A stretch of DNA of 60,632 nucleotides, the filler included, from Bipalium vagum (taxonomy: Eukaryota), in the NCBI GenBank assembly GCA_037834085.1. It is 3 parts of 3 records of this genome, joined end to end, with 100 filler letters (N's around TTAATTAATTAA, not from the genome) between each part and the next. Parts side by side here need not be neighbours in the genome. Positions count along the whole stretch, not along the records: positions 1 to 20,543 come from JBBMKC010250586.1; positions 20,644 to 40,739 come from JBBMKC010260364.1; 1 more part is not named here. One strand, 5' to 3'. The number at the start of each line of letters is the position of its first letter. Position 1 is the stretch's first letter. The notes below the pieces were generated by a model, which was not told where the DNA came from, made no database searches, and was given only the letters and a program-made list of their open reading frames with translations. The translations under genes and the position numbers were made by a program. Below, piece by piece: positions 1 through 22,490 of the stretch.

Positions 1-429
1 GTTACGTTTTTTAAATTTTTAAATAAATGTTGGTTAATTTTAAAAAAAGTAAATAATTTAATTTTAATAAAAGGTGAAGTCCAAGTTTGAAAAGTTTGTT
101 TGGTTAATCGGATTTAATGAAATATATTATTATTGCTTCGACTTTGAATTCATATTTACAAATGACTACACAAGAATATAACTATGTTTAAACTTTTTAG
201 AGATAAACATAATTATTTTATTGGCCCATATTTAAAAATTGAATTTGTTTAAGCCAACTTAATAATAAGTATCTTTTGTATATGAAAATAGTACGGTACC
301 TCTTTTAAATACGTATAAATAATACTTATAAGTAGTCTTAACTAAGTGAAGGCCATTAAATGGTAACAATTATTTATAATTATTTAACAAAAATAATCTA
401 ATAAAAGATGTGAAACTCAAACTCTCTCT

Positions 430-885
430 CTCAAGGCTTTTTCTATTTTTTTTAAGTGATCATTTACTGTTGATTTCGGTGTTCCGATGGCTTTTGCAAT
501 TTCCTCAAGACTTTGTAGTGGATCCGAGTCCACTATGGTAGATGGCCTCCCAGATCTTGGGTCATCTATGAGATCTATATTTTCATTTTTAAATTTTGAA
601 AACCATCGCTGAACTTTTTTCGCACGACCAGGGCATTAGAATAGACTGGATAATATTTCCAGTAGCCAATTCAAATAACATGCAATTCTGGATATGGTCT
701 TCTTTTGGCTGGTCAGACATTTTTTTCAGTAAACGATCTAGAAAAATGATTTCCGATATCAATCAACTATGATATATGTCCTTTAATTACAAATAAAAAT
801 CTGTTCAAATACTCGAAGGGAAATTATATAATAATGTATTACAAGTTTGTTTTAAAAAAATGACATTACTTTTCAGAAAACCTAA
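430..885 (-). mobile_element. mariner 5' fragment (one TIR plus HTH-region remnant)
   Basis: Minus-strand QRWFSKFKNENIDLIDDPRSGRPS...PKSTVNDHLKK; TIR-like TATTAGGTTTTCTGAAAAGTAATG near 865-887. Confidence 0.75.
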
Positions 886-935
886 TAATTAAATATCAAG
901 TATAATATTTCACTTTAACTGCTTAATATATAATA

Positions 936-1183
936 CAGTACCAAGTCATTGAAAAAGACTCGAGTATTACTTTAAAAAATAGTATAACCATAGGGTATAA
1001 GTTAACACGACCATGATAAAGAGGATACTAAAGTGGGAACTGAAATACAAACAATATGGAAACAAATTTTGGTCAAAAGTAAATAAAAATAATACTACGA
1101 AACGCTTTTCATTAAATCGGGTTAATTTCTTACGTTAAAAAACGATATTTTTGGTTTGAGTCTATTTCAATGGCCAAGTACTG
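936..1183. mobile_element. Tc1-like MITE, about 250 bp
   Basis: TA-flanked imperfect TIRs CAGTACCAAGTCATTGAAAAAGACTC / GAGTCTATTTCAATGGCCAAGTACTG; a related end occurs at 32270-32326. Confidence 0.7.
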
Positions 1184-2899
1184 TAATATATAATTTTAAT
1201 CAAATAATTATATTTTATAGTTAAATTAAATCAATAAATTTTAAAAATAAATAAAAGATTGAAAATTCTGTGACTTAATAATTAATTTTGTTTTAATATT
1301 CAGATTTTTGAAAGAAAAAATAGATTTATTATAAACGTATTTTGTTTGATCAACAAATCTCCAAAATCTATTATTCTTTTGTTTTCATTTTGAACACTGA
1401 AGAAAGTTCTATATTTCAAAATCCTAATAGAATATAATAGAAAATAAAATAAAACTTCGACGAAACATTTTTATTATTGCAAATTAAAAATATTAGGGTG
1501 GAGGTTATTAATCTTTCAAATGCCATATAAATCAAGGTGACCGTGTTTAAATTGATCATAATTTAATTAATTAAAATATACGTTCGGAATAATATAATTA
1601 ATTAAATCATAATATTTATTATGATTTCTCTATGACATCTCAGAGAAAAATATAAAATATGCTGAAGTATTATTATAAAAATATAAATATAATTTCTTAA
1701 ATATATTATTGTTTTTTTAATTAAATGAAGTGAAATAAATAATTATTTTAAGTCTGCATTGCTTGAAATTCATACGATTTTAATTGAATATGTTTTATAC
1801 TGTAAAAATAGGTTACAGCCAATTTTCACAATAAATCAAGATTTGTGTTGGGACTGTAATTTTTTAAATAATTAATTTCCTTTAAAATAATAATCAAAAA
1901 TTATTTTAAAATTTCGAAGTTAATTTCCGTAGTAATTGTTTTTAGACTTATTTCCTCTAATTTTTCATAATTTATTTCAATACAGACTTTAAGTAGTATT
2001 TTCCTTAGCAATTTTACTAAATGAAACTGTATTTATAATAAAAGTTTTAATTTAAGATAACTTTAATAACTAATTAAAACAATAAAGTATTGTGATTTTA
2101 AAAGAATTACATTGCCTAAATTTGCAAGCCTTTTGGGAACGGGTTTTGATAACACAATAATTAAATAAACTTTGCTGATATAAACTTCAATTGATTTAAA
2201 AATGATTTAAGTTCTAACGAAAATTTTGCCTGGTACACCAAATTAGTCCTAAATCTTTGATAAGTGGAAATTGAATTATTTAACAAACTCTGCCTTTCTG
2301 AGGAGTTCGAAGATAGGGAATGGTTGAGTTTATTAGTAAAACAAATAAAGTTTTATGAGATAATTTATTGAATTTTTCATTGATGTGAAACCGCTTGAAT
2401 ATTATGAGACAAATGACACGCCTTGAAGTGAGATATATACTCAGACCTATTTATTAAAATAGATACCGTGCAGTTCTGAAAACAGTAACCCTCCAAAAAA
2501 AGTACTTTAATAAGAAAGTTTTTCATATTAATATACCCCGGGTACATTGAATGTATTTTTAATTTTTTAATAAATAAAGGGTGTCTCAAAAAATGTACAC
2601 ACACTATAAATATAAATCGTTAAGTAATTAAAAGTCTTTCTTACTTGTTTTATAGTTAAATAAATAGTTTAATAATGATTAATAATACTCCAGAAACTGG
2701 TAAGAAATTACCCCTATTTTAAACCTATAAATTTATTGTTAAAGGTTGAATCATGAAAGATAGGTTGAACTTTGAGTAGCAAATATTAATGAAGATTTAT
2801 CCCTTGAAGATGCAAAATGAATTGGACAAACAATGGACAAAAAACAATTGAACAAAAAAACAAAAGGCTTTAATGGAAGAAGATACGCGAACAACAAGA

Positions 2900-3602
2900 A
2901 GAAAAATTGTCAAAAGTCTAGATGTCAGTATTGGAACCGTCTCCAATCATATGAAGCAAATAGGTAGACAAAGAAACTGGGCACGTGTGTGTCACATGAT
3001 CTAAACATAAAAAACAAAATGAAGCAATATGAAATATTCTCAGAACTCCTTTTGAGGATGGAAACTCGTTGCTATATAATAATTGTAAACGGTCAACACA
3101 GTGATTAGACATTCGGTAATATCCCAAGTCCTTCCCAAAACTGAGTCAACGTAAAAAAATATAATAGTTGCGGTATGGTGGTGCTCAAAAGGAGTGATTC
3201 AATACCATTGTCTGGAAAAGGAAGAAATGATAAAAGGCCCAATTCTATAGCATGACGATATCCGTCCACACATAACAAAGCAAACCATGGATAATCTGAA
3301 AAGCCAAAATTATGAATTTCTACCACATCCATCGTACTCGTCCGATCTCACCCCAACTGATTTTCATTTTTCAAATATTTAAAAAAATATTTGAATGGAA
3401 AAAGTTTTGAGAACGAAGAGGTGCTGAAAATGTTCATTGTCTCCAGGTCTAGAAAATAGGAATGGAAAATCTCCCAATTCGTTGGCAAAAGTGTGCAAAC
3501 GCTAATGGTTTAATTTTAATCAAAAAACTTTTTAATCGGCTGATTTATACGGTTTTAAAATGAATATTCAAAAAACATGCAAAACTTTGTGAACAATCTA
3601 TA
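2900..3602 (+). mobile_element. Degenerate mariner transposase remnant
   Basis: HDDIRPH...EFLPHPSYSSDLTPTDFHF (YSPDLAP-D-type motif); multiple stops; TIR-like end near 3575-3602. Confidence 0.8.
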
Positions 3603-3605
3603 CAC

Positions 3606-3657
<52 letters not shown>

Positions 3658-3670
3658 GTATTATTATTAT
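3606..3670. repeat. (TTA)n microsatellite
   Basis: About 20 consecutive TTA units; source of the spurious poly-Ile ORF. Confidence 0.95.
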
Positions 3671-4629
3671 TGATTCCAATGTTCCATTCATTATTTATAG
3701 ATATATTAAATTACAAAATAAATTTTTATAAAATTGGCAATTTTGCGATTTGGAAAAAATAAAAAAGTGTAATATTACAAAAATAAAATAATTAAAAAAA
3801 TTAATTTTTCATTTTAATTTCTTTTCTGATTGGTGGTATGTAAATATTTTGCAAAATATAAGTGAATTATGATTATTTTTACTGAAATCCAAGCCATCAT
3901 TTTCAGTTTTGGCAGAGCTCCAGCATAGTTTAATAAAAAATTAGATATGCAAGAATTTCACTCATCAAAGAATAATTAAATATTTGATTTATTTCACTTT
4001 TGAAGCTCGGTTCAATCATTTTTTCGTGGATTTTAAATTGACCAAGTGAAATAAAAACAAAATTGGGCGTTTTAAAAGTCGCATTTAAATTTTTATTAAA
4101 AAAAGACTTTTTTATAAAGACACTTTGGAATCAATTATTATTGCCATTGCAGAACAGTTCGGGGAATAATGGTGAGCACAGAATCGTGGATTTTAAATGT
4201 TTACTTACTTTATAGAAATTATTTTTTCTATTATTTATTTTATAATTATTTAAATATTTTAAATAAAAAATATTTAATAAAGCATCAAAAAAGCAGTTAT
4301 CAAATAAATTTAATATTATTGAAACGGAAAATCAATAAAATAATCAATACTATCTAAGAAACTGTGTTTATATTTATTAACGATCAATTTTAAATTTAGA
4401 TTATCAACTATAAGAAATAAAGAGAATATCATTGTAAAGCGGTATTTATTTCAGATCTATGGATTTTTACATACTTAAGCAATAAATATTATTATAATAA
4501 TTAATATTATTATTTTTTTAGTGATATTAATTAGTGATCCATTTTATTATAATAAAAAATAAAAAAAATTTTGTGTCATTTTGTCTTATGTAAAAACAGG
4601 AAATTCTAAAATATAAAGAATTTAAAATT

Positions 4630-4670
4630 CTAACAATTATCAATATTATCAATATTATCAATATTATCAA

Positions 4671-4705
<35 letters not shown>

Positions 4706-5352
4706 GTTTTATGATTATTATTTTTATTTTCATTATTATTGTTATTAATACTGTTATTTTTATCATTATTTCTATTATTTTTATTGTTATTACCATTATT
4801 TTTATTTTTATTATTGTTTTTATTATCATCTTTATTATTTTTATTATTTCTTATATTACTATTATTCTTATTATTCATGTTATTATTCTTATTATTAGTT
4901 TTATTGTTTTTCTTAATATTGTTATTATTATTTCTATTTAGTTTTTTATTTTTATTATTATTATTGATATTATTCTTAATGGTACTATTTCTAATTTTAT
5001 TTTTATTTATCTTATTATTGCTGTTATTCAGAAGTTTATAATTATCCTTATTATTAATGATTTCAGTATTATTATCAGTAATTTTATAGACTTTATTAAT
5101 ATTATTTGGTATTGTTGAGTTATTATTTCTTAGCTTATTGATGACCAGTGAGTAATCCAATAACCCATTCTTAAATTTTGAGTCTCTTTTAATTATATTT
5201 TTTATGATTGGAGTGCCGTAAGGCCTAGATCTTTGGTGGAGGTATGGATTAGTCACTAGGGGAAGTGGAGAAGGAAAGTTAGGGTTAAACAAAAGAGCTA
5301 AGCGAGTGGGGGGTTGGATATAGAAATTAGCATTGTTATTATGAGGAAACAC
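4630..5352 (-). other. Pro-rich then Asn/Lys-rich low-complexity ORF of an unclassified repeat family
   Basis: NPYLHQRSRPYGTPIIK matches DPYYLNQRSRPNDTPIIK read on the minus strand at about 40420-40480. Confidence 0.45.
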
Positions 5353-5599
5353 AGGATAAATATGGGTAGGATTATTATACGGGGAAAAAGGAAAAAAATA
5401 AGGATAAAGATTTCTACTATAGTTATTATTTAAGTTCCTATTTAGTGATTTTAAAGAAAAAAAATATTCCTGTGATTATATATGGTATTATGATTTGACC
5501 TTAAGATTTTGCTTATAACGTTAAATTTATTAGAATTTTTATTTATTACATTATTTAAATTAATAAATAAAATATAGTAAACGAAAAATAAGTCCATCG

Positions 5600-6110
5600 C
5601 GGTATCCATCCTCAGATCCAACCAGGGCTCATTCTTGGATGGTTGGGGATTGGACCCATGATCAATCGGGAGGGGATAAGTGCTCCTTGCTTGAGTTTGT
5701 ATTATATCAGGGGGCTCTTTTCCCGAGAATAATAGATCCTGGGCATCACTGCAGGACCAAGACTGGACCTAAAAAGTTGTACTCATGACATTCGAAACGA
5801 CTGATTCAGGGTGCTCATTCCCTGAGATCAATTCCGTTTTGATGTCAACTGCATCACGGGGCTCATTTCGTGTAATCAGCGCCTGTACCGGGTCACTGTG
5901 ATCAGTGAGTGACCGCAGTAAATCCTGAGGCTCAATGCAGGATTTTGACAGAGTAAAAATAAAAATAGAGAAAATGATCGCAAAAGAATCTGATCTCAAA
6001 CTGTGTATAGTTTTCTCAGATACCTGGGGCTCAATCCAGATACTCGGGTATTGACTTACGGAGATGACCGCGTAATGTCAATAGATCCTGGAGATAACTG
6101 CAGGATCGCG
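5600..6110. repeat. Array of stem-loops with shared loop GGCTCAWT
   Basis: Loops at 5626, 5713, 5812, 5860, 5929 and 6028, each closed by different complementary arms; two related TCCTG-N10-CAGGA hairpins at 5738 and 6084. Confidence 0.7.
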
Positions 6111-6981
6111 GCTGAGGTCCAAGATATATAAAAATGCAATAAAAGATACACCTTCTGCCGTTTTTGCATTCCCGTCGGCCACGGGATAAAGAGTTGGCGT
6201 GGGTACTTTAACCTCTGCACGTTCCCTCAGAGGGGTAGTTTTTGGATCGGTGGATTCCGCACTGTTTTGTTAGGGTGAATTGTAATTTATAAATACCCAC
6301 AATAAACCGTCTTCACCAAAAAACTAGTTTTACGTCCGCCTGTTAGCTTGGACGGATCCTTTACGTCTGGATCTCCTACGGGTATGGTGCTTCCATATAG
6401 ACAATATCTTTGATGATAAAAAATAGATTTTCATTTTAATGTTAACCTTTTTTATATAATCAGGCGAAGTATTGCTAATATAGTAAGTCAAGAGGCTTTA
6501 ACATCTCTAGCTTTTGATAAATTTTCATGAAATAACAAAACTAATACATTATGAAAACAAAATACTGATTTGAAACTGATTTTTAGGTTAGAAATTTTGA
6601 TAGAGATAAATAAAACTTCGAATTATAATTTTATCAAATTTAATTCAGACAAATGAAGAAAGTAAACAAATATTTATTGTAAAACTTCATTACAGCAGGT
6701 TACATAAGCAGTATATGAGAAGTCGGTCCTTGTTTATGGTCTGTTATAAAAAAACGTATACAAAATAAATAACGACACCGACAGGGCGGCTTCAATGTAA
6801 ATATTACTAATTGACTCGCCCTGGTAAGCATTCATTAAACAAAAAAGCAGTATCATTGTCACATAACATTCAACAATCACAATCAAGCATTCTAAAATAA
6901 TAAAATTCCTATCACCACCAAATACTATTAGATAATCTCAGGTCGACTAGAAGATCACAATACTGGCAGTCTTCTTGAAAA

Positions 6982-17303
<10,322 letters not shown>

Positions 17304-18121
17304 GCTGGCTCAAAATCTAAATAATAAATTACGGTACAATAGCATGAAAAATAAGCCAAATCATAAATTTATCATTTCGCAAATATTTTGGTAATATTTA
17401 AAAATTGTCCTTGAACGTAATATTTTGAGGAAGAAAAAATAACCAATCATCATTCGATAAAGAATTTCCTTTCATCAATTTCATTGATTGTGTACAACAA
17501 TATATGGAAAAGAAATCGATAAATGTTGAGATGTTGAATTTATAAACAAGCAGTTTAATTACAATTCCAAATAATTGAATTAATTTAATCAAGAATCTTA
17601 CCTATAAAATGTTGAATAAAATAATAAAAGTCTAGTGACATTTTCCAAATTTCAAAATTATTGATATAAAAATGAAGTAAAAAATAAGGATTACTATATT
17701 TAATTTTTAATAACACACTGATTTTTTTTGTAAAGAACTACTATTACCAAATAAAATGGTTTAAAATAAACATAATTTAATTAAAAAAAATAAAATAAAT
17801 GAAATTTTAAAAATTGAAATCAAAATTCTATTATAATATTTATAGAAAAATTATAAATATAAAGAAAACAGAATTATAAATATTTTTGACAAATAATATA
17901 CAACATACAAATTTTACCAGAAAATCAAATTTGAAATGATAACAGTAAATAACCGAAGTGAATAAACAAATATTGGCAACCGTTATTACAACATATCAAT
18001 ATATATTAAATTAATTTTTATAAAATTAAATTATACTAATATAATAAAAATATTAGAATAATGATTTTTATTATATTGTACATTTGAACATAAAATTTTA
18101 GATATTTATTGATTGAAATAA

Positions 18122-18739
18122 AATGATTTTATTTTTTTTATTGAAAATTAAGTTAGCAAATTCTTTGTTTTACATTATTCAATCTCAATGGAGATTATTA
18201 TAGTAATTAGACTTTCAGAATGTACTATATAGTCTGATACATTAAATTGTCCAGTACAACAATTTCCAATTAAATAAATTTGTTTATATATCAGATTATT
18301 TCTAGTTGTCAATTCTAATTTAAAGTTTTGTAATTCATTTTGTTAAACCATGTAAGTGTTTTTTGCTTTAGCAAAAGGATGTGAAGTTCATTTTCCTCAA
18401 AATAATTCACTAGCTAATTTTTATGGTTTGAAATCAAGATGTATACTGAAGGAATTCATTATTCTAAAAAAGTTAATATTTCAAATATAAATAATATTAT
18501 GGTAGATTGTAATGTTGTAAATGGATCATTTTTTAATGGTAAAAAAAACAAATATCATTTTTGATTTCCCAGCAAGCACTGTTAGAAGAGGATATAAAAT
18601 TATAGAAAGACCAAATTTTCCAATTTATTATCCCGTACTTGTAAGGATGATTGATGATATAATTTTTAGAATTGTAGATGATAATGAAGAGTTAATAAAT
18701 TTTAATGGAGAATATATTACTTTTAGAATTCATTTATAG
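18122..18739 (+). pseudogene. Maverick/Polinton (adintovirus-like) minor capsid protein (penton), frameshifted
   Basis: KVNISNINNIMVDCNVVNGSFFNGKK/TNIIFDFPASTVRRGYKIIERPNFPIYYPV...IIFRIVDDNEELINFNGEYITFRIHL fits the Polinton penton C-terminal pattern. Confidence 0.8.
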
Positions 18740-18773
18740 CAGGTGTAAATTTTCATTTTATTTTTTTTTAAAA

Positions 18774-19484
18774 ATGAAGCTTTATTGTGATGATTTCTTA
18801 AATAATAATTCTGTAAAAATAATTCTAATTTACCAGAAATTTTTAGAATGTTAATTATTGGTCCTTCTGGATCTGGTAAAACAATGTTATTGTATAATGT
18901 TATTAAAGAAAGATTATATGGATTATAACAATTTGATTATTTTTACTAAAACTGCTTTTCTTCAACCGGCTTTAAAATATATTAAAGATTGTTTTGATTA
19001 TAGATTATCTAAAGAAGTTTGTCAAATGTTTAAAAATGAAAAAAATATATAAATTTGATGAAAAAAATTACACATAAATCCGAGAAATTAAAATTACATT
19101 GTCAGATAAAGCAAATGAAATTCAATCCCCAGATAAATTGGATAAAACTAAAAAATATTTAATTATTTTTGATGATGTAATAAATGAAAAAAATCAACAT
19201 ATTATGGAAATTTATTTACTAGAGGAAGACATAATAAATGTTCAGTAATATATTTATCTCAATCATTTTTTGATTTACCATTAAGATCAATAAGAAATAA
19301 TACAAATGTCTTAATTTTATTTGAAATTTCTCAAAATAATAAATCTCAAATTTATACGAAAATGTTATCACATTTTATTGATAAAGAAGAGTATGATTAT
19401 TTATTCAATTTTCACATGAATCAAAAATATAATTATTTTTTTATAAATTTAGAGATTAAAAAAATAGAATATTCAGCTTTTTAA
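18774..19484 (+). pseudogene. Maverick/Polinton A32/FtsK-like DNA packaging ATPase, frameshifted
   Basis: RMLIIGPSGSGKT (Walker A, 18860-18883), LIIFDDV (Walker B), YFTRGRHNKCSVIYLSQSFFDLPLRSIRNNTNVLILF. Confidence 0.9.
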
Positions 19485-19523
19485 AAGCAAATATATTTTC
19501 TAAAAATTTTTTTTCTTAAAAAA

Positions 19524-20484
19524 ATGGAAGAAGTATTAAATTACCATAGATACTCGAATATAAGTCGACCTCGTGTATGTCGAGGGGGAAAAATGGGAAA
19601 TTATGTGAAAAACCGTATGACTCTTATATAAGTCGAGGTAAAAATATGTCTGAGTAGTTTCCTCTTTCGTAAATTTGGAAAATAACATAAAATAACAAGG
19701 AAAAATGTCAATCTTTTGATACTTTTTTGCAAAATATTCGTGATAATATTTATATTTTTATTTACAAACATAGCATCATAGGTAACATTTTTTCAAAACC
19801 ACAAAATTCGGAATCCGAGTCTGATTGAAGAAGTTGCAATGCCTGCTCATTAGTCATATGGTCTGAATAGAAGTCTTCATCATCCGATTCGTCATAATCT
19901 TCGGCAGCGTTGGTGTCATGTATCCAGAGTATGTGGTCTTCATTTCCGTCCACCTTGTTTGATATCCCGGTCTTCTTGAAGCTGTATGAGATGAGTGGGG
20001 CCTCTATCGTCTCCCAGGCTGTTTTGGTCCACCCAGTGACTGTCAAGAGGTCTGGTCGTTTCAGGTTTCTAGCTTTGGTAGTCTGCGCTTGTCCAATGGA
20101 CATCCACGATGTCCATTGGTCTCTTACATGACACTTTAATGGTCGGTTGATGCTGACACCAAGTAGCTGGAGTATAGAAGTGAGTCCACCTGGAATGACT
20201 GCATAACGAAACATAAATGATAACCAGTATTCAATTATGAACACAACGTGATACATTGCATAAATACAGCCATTACATTTGTTAAAACTGCTGACTCTTA
20301 TATAAGTCGACCCCATTTTTTTCATCAAATTTTATATTCGAGTTTCTACGGTACGATAAAATTTATTATCATCGAAAAACAGCCTATGAGAAAACAGATT
20401 ATTATGAAGTAACTTTAGATCCAGAAACAATTACAAATTTAAATGATAATGGAAATTTAACATTTACACTTTTTTTCTAATTAA
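19524..20484 (+). pseudogene. Probable major capsid protein N-terminus, interrupted by a pogo insertion
   Basis: Removing 19544-20353 restores MEEVLNYDKIYYHRKTAYEKTDYYEVTLDPETITNLNDNGNLTFTLF; follows penton and ATPase; E..P...NLN..G pattern. Confidence 0.5.
19544..20351 (-). mobile_element. Internally deleted pogo/Tigger-family element
   Basis: TA-flanked TIRs CCATAGATACTCGAATATAA / TTATATTCGAGTTTCTACGG; VIPGGLTSILQLLGVSINRPLK...AWETI...SFKKTGIS. Confidence 0.9.
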
Positions 20485-20543
20485 GACTACGTCTCCGGCT
20501 GTAAACTTCCTTCTGGTTTCTTGACTTTTCAAACTTCGTGATT

Positions 20544-20643
20544 NNNNNNNNNNNNNNNNNNNNNNNNNNNNNNNNNNNNNNNNNNNNTTAATTAATTAAN
20601 NNNNNNNNNNNNNNNNNNNNNNNNNNNNNNNNNNNNNNNNNNN
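20544..20643. other. Assembly gap with TTAATTAATTAA spacer
   Basis: N runs flanking a six-frame-stop linker; identical structure at 40740. Confidence 0.95.
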
Positions 20644-22189
20644 TAATCAAGATAGCCATTATTCTTAAAAAATTTTTCTCTATTTATTTCCGTCTTTGGG
20701 TAAACATGGAATATTAACCATGTAATACAAAAACCTTTCATTAACTCACAAAATAAAGGAAGAGAACATGTTTTGATAAATCTATATATATTTATGATCA
20801 CATAAACAATAAATAGAATGAAACGTTTGTACAACAGTTAAATTTGTTTCCAAGCTCGACTTGATTATATTTAATTAAACACATGAATTCTTACAGACTT
20901 AGGACATTCTAAATAGCCCTTAATCTTCACCAAATGATGAAAATGATTAAATTAGATCAAGAAAAGGTTATTTTTAATTATACTTAAGTGAAAGCAATTG
21001 TCCCTTGAGTATTTACTTAATTGTTAATGTCATTTTATTTAAGCAATCCTGTTAAACAAGAGTGTCTACGGAGACTTAAATAATAATAATATTATTATTC
21101 TGGTAAACTGGACAGTTTACGGACATAATTTAATTACCATATTTTAAAGTGATATTTCTTGATCAAAATTTTTATGATAAAGTATTGGATAAATCTCATT
21201 TATTTAATACTAATAAATTTACTTTCTTCAATTCATTTTAGATTTTCTAATAATTTCTCTTCCATTATATTGCAATAAAATTCTCTATTTCGCTAATCCT
21301 GTAATTATTGACACGTGACAGTTGAATAGAAATAATTTCTGCAAAATTGATTTTCGATTGCAATTGTTAAAAACTATTGTGTTTAGTTTCTGATAGAAAA
21401 TTTTGTATTTGTATGATTTTTGAAATTCTCTTATAGGGAGAATGACATGACAACAAATTTTAGGTAAAAAATATTTATTTTCATTAAATAAAAGATATTG
21501 TTCAAAACATGATGGTGAGCTCAAACATTTTGAATTACTAATGGAGCATTATAACAATATCTTGGAAATTGAACAATTGTTGCTAATAATCAATTGTGAT
21601 CCACCTGGAGATCCGCCTAAGGATGGTGTTAGAAGATATCCGCGTCGAACTTAATACGCAATACGTATATGTAACAATTGGTTTGGAGTAATACAAGTGT
21701 TAAATTAGTTTGTTTAGTTTATTTCAATTTTTTATATTTTCCTTTTATACTAACGACAGTTACTACTAATAACTTTTCTTTTTTTTAATTGTAGTTCTTA
21801 TTTATAGTGAGTTAATTTTTCAGCATTTATTATTTAAATTATTTATTAATTCTTTGAGTACTTTAAAATTAAATATTATTAAATTTTATTATCATTTTTT
21901 TTTATAATTTTTCTCTTTTTTGCTATTATTTATAATTTCAACAAAATAACATATTATCTTTAAAAGTTAAAATAAAAATAATAATAATTAATAATGATTG
22001 GTTATAAAATATTATCAATAATAATATAAAATAAAAAAAAATAATTAAATTTTCTCCTTGTAATTTTTCTATTTTTCTAACAGGCTTACATTCTTCATGA
22101 CAACAATTTTTATTTTCACAAGAATCATCAATAAATATACAATTATCAGTATCACAATAAATTTTTATAAACTTCATCATTATTATAAA

Positions 22190-22490
22190 AATTTAGACAA
22201 CCATGAAAATAACAACCATTAAATTCATAAGTATAATAAGTTTTGTTCATCATAATAGAAAACATCAACTTTATATGTTTTATTATTAGCTCTAATTATT
22301 TTTCTCCTCCTCTTTTAGCATGTTGAATTTTTATTTTATCAATTTTATTTAAATATTCTAACCAATGAATACATATATAAAAATACATATCTCCAAAATT
22401 ACTTAATCTCGGTATTCCAATTTCTTCATTATTTATCATGGACATAAATATTTTTGTACAATTTTGTGCAATTGTTATATATTAAAAAAT
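22190..22490 (-). pseudogene. Protein-primed family B DNA polymerase fragment (Maverick/Polinton)
   Basis: ITIAQNCTKIF...CIHWLEYLNKIDKIKIQHAKRGGEK/...YKVDVFY...YEFNGCYFHGC; the IQHAxxGGE and YEFxGCxxHGC motifs are typical of Polinton pPolB. Confidence 0.8.

Noticed and set aside
4527-5041. Poly-Ile and poly-Leu ORFs that look like membrane proteins (also 3577-3762)
   Set aside because: Alternative frames of (AAT/TTA)n low-complexity DNA.
5600-6110. CRISPR array interpretation of the hairpin array
   Set aside because: Repeat arms are not identical, spacing is irregular, the context is eukaryotic and no cas genes are present.
20588-20599. TTAATTAATTAA palindrome inside N runs (also at about 40784)
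   Set aside because: Identical linker in both 100-nt gaps; an assembly spacer, not biology.
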